From positions 1,890,518 through 1,954,517 of the forward strand of contig CM074822.1 of assembly GCA_037447605.1 (NCBI GenBank): DNA of 64,000 bases, written 5' to 3'. The translations under genes were made by a program, and so were the position numbers. The notes beneath the pieces are model-generated. The model did no database searches, was not told where the DNA came from, and was given only the letters and a program-made list of their open reading frames with translations. The DNA comes from Zygnema circumcarinatum SAG 698-1b (taxonomy: Eukaryota; Plantae; Zygnematophyceae). Positions 37,773 through 49,188 of the stretch are shown here, piece by piece (the stretch's first letter is position 1; the number at the start of each line of letters is the position of its first letter).

Positions 37773-40700
37773 ATTAGTTTTTTCACATCCAGAATTATGA
37801 AAATTATGTGTACATGCGATCAATGCTTTCATTTTTGACTTATTATCCCTTTGAATTCTATACCTATTATTGAGTCAAAATTTATTGGCTGTTTCAACAC
37901 CAAATTCAAGCATAAGGCAAGGACTTATGTGTGATGCTTGAGTTAATACATAACACATTTGTATAAGTGATACTATAAATTTTACTACATTGAGAAAAGA
38001 TTTATTTTCTATGTTGATCCACACAACATAAATGTAAGCGCTATATCTTAAAATGCTAGTCTATTAATTACTATTAATATTTAGTGTATTGAAAGCACAT
38101 ATTGTTCAATATGATAAGCGTTCAATCTAGTATATTGTCAAGCATACCATGTGGATAATCTTTTTCTTAACAAAATCCCGCCCGCGCGCGCTCCAAGTGG
38201 CAGAGCGCCACGTGGCACCAGATGTGGGTGTACCTGCGTCAGGCAGGGAGGGCCTGCTAAGGTGGGGACGAGTCGGATGGTTGGCCTGCTCATGGCATCT
38301 ACAAGCAAGACAGTTCAGTTCAAATTTCAACGCAAGGATTTCTATCTCAGTGATTCAGCGAGCTCGTGGATAAATGTATTCTTCATTTAACGTATGACCA
38401 GTATGAGCGCGCTTACGCACAATCAGAAAGTCAAGTCCAACAAGTTAAGTTGTCAATCGTAAGAAATGGGAAGACAAACGCAGACATGCACTCAGTTAGG
38501 AAAAAGCGTATGACGAACTCACAAGAAAGAGCCACAACGATTCCAAGGAGGAGCCCACTGCGAGGAAAAGCGTAAAGCCTCAGTGAAGCTGCACTTCTCG
38601 TGCAGTACATGTAGAAGCTGCCTCCGCACCCGCCGACCAACTTCCAGCCATCAGACTCTTCCTCTGGGAGAGCAGTATAAGCACGCACTTCAGAATGGGA
38701 GCAGAGGAAGCAGGCGAGTTTCCGCATTTCATGCAGATTTGCGAGAAGAGCTAGAAAGTAACATCTTTTCCTCCCCATCCCGACACATTGACACTTCTCT
38801 CTGATTGCATTGCAGAACTTGAAAAGCTCAGAGTTTAGTTTTCGATTGTAAAGAATGACATGCCCTGTAGTCAACATACTTTCTGCAGTACGGCTGTAAT
38901 TATTCAAGGCTTTCTAAGCACGGACAAACATCCAAAGAATCATCCAGCTGAGTGAGCATCAGCAGTACACAGATGCAGGCGCACTTGCAGCGTGAGGTCG
39001 AGCATCTCGCGGCTGCGGCCCAAGTAGAAGCACAGCGTTTGCCCACGCTTCACTGAGAGCAGATCGCGAGGAAAACGTCCTGCCAACCGCAGTGCACAAC
39101 CCAGATCCAAACAAACGGCAGCGCGATTTGAGGAGGTCACGCATCGTTTTGCAACCAGCCCGCAGGAAGGTCGTGCTCAGACTCACAGCGGACATGAACC
39201 TTACGCCAATGGGCCTTCACAAAACAGACGCATGTGAAGCAGAGAGACAGACCACTTTCCTACGGCGACTCACCACGAGCTGCTCATACTCCGTCCCCTT
39301 CGCCTGTCACAAGAAACATCTATTTAATCCCTGCCTGTATCAACCAAGTTCATGTTCGTGTCTTCTCCTGACCACAACCTAAATGGCTTTCGTCAAACCA
39401 TGATCGAGTTTCCAGTATACGATGCACTTGACATCATTTATGGACTGTACGAACTTTGAGTGCCCTCCGTGCCATTTCGTAATATGGAGTGTGGATATAT
39501 GAAGAAGGCAAAATTTCTATAGTTCGTGCACTGCCGTTATGCAAAGTGCTTGTAACAATTTCGGCATACAGAAAACCATAAAAATAAAACACACAACTTA
39601 TCACACGATTGACTTGTGCTCTGAATGGTTTGAAGTAGGGTCAATAGTGATCGATATAAATGTAAGCATAACATAAGCTAATAATAATATATAAGCTTTG
39701 AGTTCCGTAGGCTTGGGATGCTTGCACTGAAAGCTAAGAAGGTAAGCGTACGAGGTGCTCTGCCGCCGCGTCAAGGTCCGGGCCCGCCTGGAGGCGGCAC
39801 GCGAGCTGCCGCCTCCAACGCCGCGCCCGCGCCCGCGCCGTAGCTCAGCACCTGCGCGAGGCCCGACCGTTAGCGGTTAGCGGCTCATTCACATTTCATA
39901 TAATGCAGAATGTAGAATGAGGATTCTACATATGGATGGGAAAAAAGGCCGGCTATACCTTGGTTGCTCCACTGACAAAGCTTACAACAGGCAGACAACA
40001 AGTTGGGAAACAAAAAAACATTTTGAACTTCCCTTCCTTCTCCTCCATCTCTCTTGTCTCTGTCCCGCTATTTTCCTAGGTTGCTCAGATTTCTTGCATT
40101 GCCTTTTTTTCCTTCTAAACTAGTTTTGCTGTCCACTTGTTTTCACTTCTCTATACTCAAAGGAGGAAGAAAGGGACGCAAGCTGAAAAGATGAACCCTG
40201 CTTCTCTGGCCTTGCAGATAATTCGGGCAATGGAAAATTCGACAAATGGAAAACGTGCCACTGAAGATCTTCCATGTTTTTCGTGCATCAATAATCTAAG
40301 GGAAATAGCATGGTTAACACACAAAGAAGCGTGCTGGGGCAGAGGGAATGAAGGCAAGACGAAGGAGAGAAGGGCGAAGAAGTGACCTCCAGGGCGAAGG
40401 CCTCAATGTTGGTCAGGCAGGACACAGACGAGGAGCGCACACACGCCATGGCTCGCGCGTCCAGCACCGTCTCCTGCTCGTGCTCGCCCATGGCCGGCGC
40501 TGCGCTGCAGCAGGCACGGTCCGCTCCCGCCTGCCTGCCTGCCTGCCCCATCGCTGCCGGTCAGTCGCTGCCCCGCCCCGCGCTGGCTGCTGCATCGACC
40601 GGACCGGACCGGACCGGACGACCGCCACCGACCACCGTACTGTACCATACTGTACGGTGCCGTACTAGAATGCGAGGCTGCGAGTACAGGGGGTCCTCGT

Positions 40701-40827
40701 CATATTTTCCACCTTCAACAGTGCGTCACCAATAAATTCGCACCGATTTTGCCGAAACCACCTTTTTGTACGGTAACTTAGAGTTAGCCGTACTATTCGT
40801 ACTATCCGTACCCTAAAACCCTGAAAC

Positions 40828-41165
40828 TGTAGCGTAACGGAGCTGCGTTCGACGGATCCGCGCCCGTTCAGTTGTACTTGACATGTTCATATTCAGTGTC
40901 ACGGACCGGCCTGATCCAGGAATTGCCGACGGAAAATGCGAGACGGCGGCGCCATTTGTTGGCGGCCCACGGGACAGCACACCATCCAGCTAGGCGCACT
41001 NNNNNNNNNNGTGTGCTGTTCCGTGGGCCGCCAACGCATGGCGCCGCCTTCTCTCAATCTCCGTTGGCAGCTCCTGGATTCCGTTGATCCGTGACACGGA
41101 AGAGGCATATGTCAAGTACAATTGAACTGACGCAAATCCGTCGAAGGCAGCTCCGTTACGCTACA
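40828..41165. mobile_element. Foldback MITE with ~155-bp TIRs
   Basis: TGTAGCGTAACGGAGCTGC...GGGACAGCACAC / GTGTGCTGTTCC...GCAGCTCCGTTACGCTACA; N10 gap at the centre; a solo arm at 52903-53075; no TSD seen. Confidence 0.8.
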
Positions 41166-41474
41166 TCCGTCTGGTCCACTCTGTCTGCTCGTTCATCCGT
41201 ACATTCGTACCGCATAATACCGTACAGTCATATGACCGTACGACCGTCCGACCGTACATGTTGTAAAGGCGTTGTAAAGTATTATATAACAGCCGTTATC
41301 TAGTCGTCACAGTTATATAATATAATATATATTATATAGTCGTAATTAAGCCATCCCTAGTAGGGATGGCCGTAAAATCATTATTATTTTTTGAAAGGTA
41401 GTGCTAAATTCACACCTTTTTTGTCTGGACAGTATAGCTCGGTACTATACACCTTGAAAAAAAGGAAAAAAAAT

Positions 41475-41660
41475 CATTGAACTCACGATGCCGAGGCCAT
41501 CAAATGTACATGGACAAAAGCAAAATGTGGAACCACGAGGGACTGGTCGCAAAGGACCGAAACACAATAAAACGAAGCTAAGCGCGGAAAACTACGCCTA
41601 CGCACAACAACGCAGCCCCTAGAAGCAGTCGCGAAGGTCCTCGATGTGAGGCACATCGCG
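41475..41660 (+). repeat. Dispersed repeat family A copy
   Basis: Matches 12058-12148 (rc) and 19263-19490. Confidence 0.75.
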
Positions 41661-42169
41661 AGGAGGGAGCGGCGGAAGTCCACCAACGCGATCACCAACA
41701 ACCACAGCACCCCGAAGAAGCGTAGAAGCAAGGCAACGCTGAAGGGCGACGGAAATGCGCTGTCGATAAAAGGTAGCCAGGTTCGATACAATGTATTGAT
41801 CCGTACAGCCAGACATAGAACCATACGGAAATGATGTACGGGACTATACGGACCAAGTCACACGTGTTGAGGTGCTAGGCTAGCACCTCACCATTGTAGC
41901 AGCACTACCAGTCTACCACATGTCCCATCATCACCGTCACTCTTGAAACTGCTCTTGTGGACCTAATTTTCAATACAACTATTTTGAAACTAGTACAAGG
42001 TGTCCTAGAGCTGCCTTACGACTTGAAGCTTCAATTATTATAATCAATCTCCGTTTAATTAGCAAGAAAACGAAAGAAACGACGTTAAATACATATAAAG
42101 TACACTGTATTTTAAAATGTCGTATAATACGCATGTATTAGGGGGAGTCAGACCTTGACCATCGCCAAA

Positions 42170-43469
42170 TCAATTTCGTAAGCCTGTCGGGCGAATTCAG
42201 CATTGGCTAAGTACGCATTTCAGTACTGCTGTGTACGGCGGGGAGTCAGACCTTGACCATCGCTTACGAAATTCCTGAATTCCTTATACTAAAGGAAAAT
42301 GATACAGCGGCCCCACTTTTTGGAAATCGGCGCCCCCTTTTGGGAAAAAATTGTACTTTTTTTTTGGCTAATCACTCCCCCCCTTGGATCTTTCGGGAGG
42401 AGAGATCTTGTAGACAATCGGACCCCGCTCCTCGCGCGCAGGATCCGACCGTGCACCGACGTACGGCGCCGCGCATCGCGGCGTGGCCCGCGAGATGCGG
42501 CGAGCCTACGGAAACGTTGTCCTCACCTGACCCTTTTGGGTAAGAGGTTGCCACGTGGCAGTCTGCCATTGGACAACCCTGCTGCCGGTCGCCCATGCCG
42601 ATACAGTGGACCCCCATAATATTTTCGCCATGGTTTCGGCAAATACTGGGCGAGAATATTGTAATTTGCAAATATAAGGTCCGTGTTACCAATAGGCGAG
42701 CGGTATTATGTTAGAGTTCATGTATGTTCGTACGTATCGTATCGTATCGTATCGTATCATATCGTACCGTGATTTAGATACACGAGCTCCTATTGGTGCC
42801 GTACGTATACCGTACGACTTAGAGATTTTGTTCGTACTTACCGTACAGCGTAAAAGCGTGACCCATGTTTGAAATCCGTTTCGATAAACAGATTTTGTAT
42901 TGGATAATAGGTCAGGTTAGGTTAACACCCCTAGTACGTTAACATTGAGTTACCGTACAAAAAGGTGGTTTCGGCAAAATCGGGGCGAATTTCTTGGGGA
43001 CGCACTGTATAAGGTGGAAAATATTATGGGGGTCCACTGTATCGGCATGGGGGACCGGCAGCAGGACTGTCCAATGGCAGACTGCCACGTGGCAACCTTG
43101 ACCCAAACGGGTCAGGTGAGGACAACTTTTCCGTAGGCTCGCCGCATCTCGTGGGCCACGCCGCGATGCGCGGCGCCGTACGTCGGTGCACAGTCGGATC
43201 CTGCGCGCGAGGCGCGGGGTCCGATTGTCTACAAGATCTCTCCTCCCGAAAGATCCAAGGGGGGGTGATTAGCCAAAAAAAAAGTACAATTTTTCCCAAA
43301 AGGGGGCGCCGATATCCAAAAAGTGGGGCCGCTGTATCATTTTCCATACTAAAAGTCACTTCTTTCGTGTACGAATTCCGGATCGGGATCCGCGGCTCCG
43401 CCGAGCTCAGCCGTACCGAAATGTGTACCTAGCCAATGCTTAATTCGCCCGACAGGCTTACGAAATTGA
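42170..43469. mobile_element. Outer inverted-repeat element (62-bp arms) hosting the MULE
   Basis: 42170-42231 TCAATTTCGTAAGCCTGTCGGGCGAATT.AGCATTGGCTA.GTAC.CATTTC is the inverse of 43408-43469. Confidence 0.65.
42294..43345. mobile_element. Non-autonomous Mutator-like (MULE) element, 1052 bp, ~340-bp TIRs, 8-bp TSD ATACTAAA
   Basis: Ends GGAAAATGATACAGCGGCCCCAC / GTGGGGCCGCTGTATCATTTTCC; ATACTAAA at 42286-42293 and 43346-43353; no transposase. Confidence 0.88.
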
Positions 43470-44588
43470 CTTGACGACGACGACGAAGACGACGTATTAT
43501 ACACGCGTTCGATACATATGGACCTATACTAGACACAGACCTTTTTTCGCCGGCAGATTTTAAAATATACAAAAAAGGATTAAAAACAGAAAATGCTCTT
43601 TTCACACCTTTTTGGAATCGATACACACCTTGTTCCGTCGGGCAGATTTTATTTTACAATCCGCTCGGAGCGGAAGATCCGTCCGCCACGAGATCGTTCG
43701 CGGGTGGCCGTCCTTCACACGTGCAATCTCAGCCGTCGATTCTCGCGCAGATCGTACCATGGCAGATCACCGACCGATCTACAGTTTTTTTTTCGTCCCA
43801 TTCGCTGAAGGTCCGGACCCGGCCTCAGCGAATGGGACGCGCCCACGTATCCCACCCAAGCCGGCGCAAAGGTCCGTACAAAAATCGTACGGTCGCATCT
43901 TCGAGGAAAGGCGAAATGCCGTACATTGGGAGCCTGGACCAAACCATTTGTCACGTGTCCTGCCACATCATTCAAACCAACACGTTGCAGCTAATACTGT
44001 ACCCCCGCCTAAAGTTAACACAACTTCTACTTTCCAATCCCAAGATTTTCGTCCAATAATATCGGCCGAAACCATGGTGAAAATATTAGGGGGAGGTACT
44101 GTACTGTGTGTGTATGTACGGTATGGCCTTGCCATCGTGAGTTCAATCAAACATCATTTTCCTCGTATGTATGAAATGTATGTATGTATGTATGTATGCA
44201 CGCCTGGTCCAAAAGTAATATCTGAGAGCGGCTCTCATTGGCTGCTCTCCGAGATATCTGGCGGAGCGGTGGGGGCCGTCCGATGAGCCATCGTACGGTC
44301 GGGGCGCGGAGTACGCGGGCGGACGGGGCGCGGGCCGGCCCAGATCGATCGATCCACGCGGCGGGCGGGCGAGCTATCCACCCATCCATCCGGTGCGGCG
44401 GGCGGGCGGGCGGGCGGGCGGGCGGGGGTCCACGTCGAGCGACTGCCCGAAAAGGTCCCCCTCGCGGGACGCCGCGCGCCGCTTTTTGCACTTTTCCAGC
44501 GCACCGCAGCGTGGCCGCACGAGGGAGGCCGGGCGGCCTGGGTACGGGCCCTGGGTAGCCGTCTGTAGGGTTCCCTTTCGACCTCTCG

Positions 44589-44631
<43 letters not shown>

Positions 44632-44790
44632 CCTCGCCTTCGCACGCGCCCGCCGGCAGCGGCAGCAGCAGCAGCGACGCGGCTCCCTCGTCTCCTCTCC
44701 TCTCCTCTGTCCCGCCGCCCGAGAGAGAGAGAGAGAGAGAGTGAGAGAGAGAGTGCCAGCCGCGCGGCGCATGCTCCGAGGCGCCGAGCC

Positions 44791-47700
44791 ATGAGCTCTG
44801 CGCGGCGCGCGTCGCGAGGCGGCGCCGAGAGGAGCGGTGGAAGTCGGCGTGGGGGCGCCGCTGGGGCCGATGCGCCAGCTCTCTTCCCGCCCATGCATGT
44901 CGCCCACGCCGCAGGACCGGGCTCGGGGCCCCGCGCTCCTCCCAGGAATAAAATGGCGCTCTACGAGCATGTTACCACGCCGTCCAAACGCGCTCGGCCT
45001 TATTGGGGGCCAACTTCAACGATGCAGGCCGACAGTGCAGGACTTCAGACTCTGGACCTCCATGGGATACGCACAGACGCTGTTCTCTCGGTAAGCTCTC
45101 TCTCACGGCGGACGGAGCCGCACAGGCTTGTGCTGGTTGAACCGAGATGTGGTTCGGCCAGACTAGGAGTCTGTTCGCTGTTCTTTGGAACGATGGGCAA
45201 CCAGAGGAAGGTGGCGTGGGTAGAAAGCGAGGAACGTTGTCGCATAACCGCCATTGGCTGTCTTTTCTAAACGTCCTTGCCGGACTGCGTCAACTTCAGG
45301 CATGTCGTTGGAACTCGCTCTGATAATACAGAGTTCACAATCTCTTTCTATTTACAACGAGTTTATCGATGCTCTTTTGTTGAGAATACTTAGGACGGAA
45401 AAATGATTGGGAGATACGTTCCACTAAGTTATGAGGTTGTATAACCGGATGTCGAGGGCTCATGAAGCCCACAATATGCTCTGCACCAATCGTGAAAGCC
45501 CTGCCGAGCCATATGGCGGCAGAGCTTGCTTTGGGTCTGCTCGACTTCAGTCAAGTTCCACTTGCTTTCGGTCTTTGATGTCCTGAATATCAGTTCCTGT
45601 TGTATGCGATTGCAAGATCTTATGCAGGCCCCACTTGGATCTGTTTGACTTGTTGCTTTCCTGCACGCATGGCTGCCTCTGCACAGATGCAACAGTTTCG
45701 AACTTATGAGAGCCGATTCTCATATCCTTCATACTTTGGGCAGTCTGCCCCGAACAGCGGTGCCGTTGTAGGATCAGCTCCAGCTTTTCCCGGGATTTGG
45801 CACAGGCAGGCCTCTGGAGGCAGCAACGCTAGCTGTCTGCAGGACTCGTTAGACAGAGAAGTACCCTGCATGCCTTACAGGCTTCCTGGCCAACATTTTG
45901 CTCGGCAAGAAGTCGCACAGCCGTTGAGGAGCACCATCGGCGAAAAGCACAAAATGTCTGTGAACGCCTTAAGTGTAAGAACGGGCGATTCCATTGTGGT
46001 GGACGCATCGGACGGCAGAATCAGAGCAGATGGCCGAGGCATGCGTGCTCTTACAGACGAAAGGCTTGTGCGGGATACTAGCGGTGAAGGCAGTGGGCCA
46101 GCGTCTTCGCCTGCAACTTCAGAGAAATGGGCTTTTATGGCATGGCAACAGCGACAGTGTATGAAACCCCAAGTAGAGAAGGCTTCATCATCATATGTGC
46201 CAGTTGGTGAGCTAGCACTTTCAGGTGCTACTCCAGGTTCCGGAAAGTCCGTGAAGGGGCACGCAGAAGGATTTCCTGGCTTGAAGTCAGCCGCAATAAA
46301 GCCAGCAGTTAGGAACCTTCCAGGTGGAGGGTTTCCTTCCGGTTTTGATTCTGAAGGACCCTCTGAGATTGTAGAGGTGCGCTCAGTTTGCGCATCCGTC
46401 CAGGGTGAGACTGGGTCTGTTCACGGAGGTCTTGACTCTCGAGTAGGAGTACTTCGAAAGCAGTCGCAGTTCGTGCAGCCTCTGGAGAATTCTTTCTGTT
46501 CTGCTGGTGCTCCCACGGCTAGTGACATCACAGGGGCTGCATTACCGTCAGCAGATGTTCAATGGAAATTTTACACTGCGGAGCGAGGAAATGCAAACAA
46601 GGTGGCCTCTCATTCGGGTGCTTGCATGAAAGAAGGGGAAGTGGGTGAAGGGGGTCATGTTCGTCCGAGAGTGCCTCGAGCTAGTGACGAAGAGCATGAC
46701 TGCATTAGCCGGAAGCACCCAAGAGGACAATGCGGGGGGCAGTACGACGTTGAGGAGAGGAGGGAGCAGGGCCCTGATGGTTCGAAGAATGCGGACGAGG
46801 ATCAGAGAGCGCGAGAGCAATCTGGTGCAGTGAGAAGTGACGCGGAAGCCGCCAGGCAAGCAGAGAAGTGCCCCATGGCAAGAAGTCCGGACGTTTCCGA
46901 AGAGACTAGCGGGGAGAGTGGTGGTGGTTTGTCAGAACAGTCACCTCCTGCAGGAGGGGATGCAGCGGACGGAGACAATGAGGATGTGGAGAGGAGACGA
47001 ATGGTCATGCCCATGGATGTAGTGACAGCCATAGGACAGCAGGAATTTTGGAAAGCGAGAAAGACCATTCTCAGGTACATCCTGCTGCTGGCTTTGAATT
47101 GATTTGTGCGTGTCCTTCGATACGTTAGCACGGCCGTTTGTCTAGTTTTCATGTTCGCAGTCCCCTTGAGTTTACGCCGCCATCACTTTCCTGGCAGCAA
47201 AAAGTTTCAAATAACTTCCTTCTACTTCGGACCTTCACTGAAAATGTTTTCTTTTAGATATCTTTTCCGTGGCCTTGTGTTGTGGTACCTTCCCTTCTCC
47301 TAGGTCGAGTTATAGGGAGGCTCACCCTGAAGCCTCTTGTTAGAGAATACTTCGTTCGAACCTTTTGCAGGGTACTACAAGCTATGGTAGGGGAATTGCT
47401 CATTATCTGTTTAGTGTCATTACTATGGCGGGTTGGCCTGCAGACAACAGAGAATTTTCACAGCGCAGGTGTTTGAACTACATCGTATCATCAAGGTATT
47501 GCACCCTTTTTGTACATTTTCCTGCATTTGCTGGCATGCAATTACCTTCATGTTTGCTTTATTGGCCCTTGCAGGCACACTTTTTGGTTGTGTTGTTGAC
47601 CAGTGAAGTCATTGCTTTGGCCCGTGTGCAGGTTCAAGCGGAATTAGCTCTCAAGGAAATTCCAGCTTGGATGGACACAGCGGATGGATTAGGACCATCC

Positions 47701-49188
47701 ATTCGACCAATGGGAGTCACCGAGGCAGCTCTGGCAGTTAATGGTCTGACCTCGTCCGAGGCCTTGACTCTTGCAGCCCAACGTGTCGGTGAAGAAGCAT
47801 CAAAACTTATGGCACAGAGAAGACAGCAACGGCAAGCCAGCCCTGATGACTCTCCTCTTTCTAGCTCCGATGGAGCTGCTAAGGAGCTCTGCAGTGTGCC
47901 ATCAGCCGCAATGCCCCGCCCTGGGACAGGCCCTGGCCCGCCTACCTCCACAGCAGTACCTTCTGCGCCCCAATTCTGGTCCTATCCTCCGTACTCAGCC
48001 ATGCTTCAGCTTCCACAGCAGGCTGCGGCGGTGGCTGTGGCGGCCATTGCGCCATGGCTGCCGCCGATGCCGCCTCGGATGCCGCCAAGTGCGGCGGCAG
48101 CAGCTGCGGCGGCAGCGGCAGCGGCGGCATTTGCGTACGGCCCGTACGGCCAGATGTACGGCGCAGGTGTCCAGGGGGGGGGCTACTCCACCATGTACAC
48201 GTCTGCAGGAGCGCAGCCAGGGATAGTTGTCCAGCCACAGTTAATGGATGTGGGGGTTCCGCAGATTGGAGGGATGAATGGGAATTATTTAGATAGCCGG
48301 CAGGAGCTTTATCCTGGAGTTGGTAAAGCAGAATGGCAAGGAAAGACCGGCGGCGGTGGGTTCAACTCTGATCCTATGGCTGCTTGGTACGCCCTCCCTA
48401 GCTCACATGCTCAGCTAGCGAGTCACGGTGGAGTCGGATGCTTTGACGGTCTGGCAACAGCTGCTGGTGGACTCCCTCTCCCTCTCGTCCCTTTTCAACG
48501 TGTGAACGCAAGTGCTGTACCTAACAACTTAGAGAGCATGCCTTTGTCAGCTTCAAAAGGCATGGCTCAGCCGCTGCATCTTGCGTTTGACGAGGACATG
48601 TCCCATGGGCCTGTGGCTGAGTCTGCCAGCAGAAAGTTTCCAGCCGGGCAGGCAGATAGGAATCGATTGCCTGTGGAGGAATCGGAGGGGAGTCCGTGTG
48701 ATAGCCCGTCCTCAGGCGGTCAGCCACAGGGAGCTGTGCACGATTGGGCGCATGGGTGGGGCCCAAGCTTGCGTCGCCAGCAAATGTCGACCTCGGAGTT
48801 AAGAGACCGGCAGAGGGAAGCAGCGGATATTGCAGATGAGGAATTCGGAAGAGGGACAGATGTGCACGGGAGTGAAGGAGGTGGAGGGTTTCATGGGGCC
48901 GGCGGGCAGGAGCCTGGACGTAAAGGTCGCTTGGCAGGAAAAGGGCACCAACAGATGGCGGCAGGTGAAGGCAGTAAAGTGGGGAAGCGAGCATCGTCTG
49001 CCGAGCTGCAGCTCTTTCCTCTGCAGCCTCTGCGCTCGTCTTTGGGCGGCGGAAATGCAGACGAGCGCTCAACAGCCGCCGGGCGGGCTACCTCCTCTGT
49101 TATCAAAGTCGTGCCCCGTGCTGCCGCAGCAACACCTGAGAGTACTGCCGGCATCTTGCTGTCCATACAGAAGCAGCGGCAAAGGTAG
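44791..49188 (+). CDS. ELF3: EARLY FLOWERING 3 homolog (evening complex scaffold)
   Basis: LFPPMHV...GPRAPPRNKMALYEHVTTPSKR; PMDVVTAIGQQEFWKARKTILR|QQRIFTAQVFELHRIIK|VQAELA; C-terminal IKVVPRAAAATPESTAGILLSIQKQRQR*. Confidence 0.92.

Larger units (their letters stand above)
35403..38177. other. Plastid-derived insert (NUPT or assembly chimera): tandem ~1.3-kb unit rbcL 3' end - spacer - rps14
   Basis: Abrupt shift to very AT-rich DNA; two near-identical rps14 and two rbcL C-termini; N10 gaps at 36089-36098 and 37436-37445. Confidence 0.9.
34314..40491 (-). pseudogene. TTC38-like TPR protein gene, disrupted in this assembly; 3' end uncertain
   Basis: Exons SCLTNIEAFALE|VLSYG, RFPRDLLSVKRGQTLCFYLG, LLHVLHEKCSFTEALRF...WNRCGSFL|YTHIWCHVALCHLE, GGSDEQLDIFEE...RPGVPFTWSLL match the plant TTC38-like family. 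Exon 2 has a frameshift or deletion (~39770-39800), and an exon is cut by plastid DNA at 38177. Confidence 0.7.

Noticed and set aside
44205-44262. Evening-element-like AATATCT/AGATATCT upstream of ELF3
   Set aside because: Does not match the full AAAATATCT consensus.
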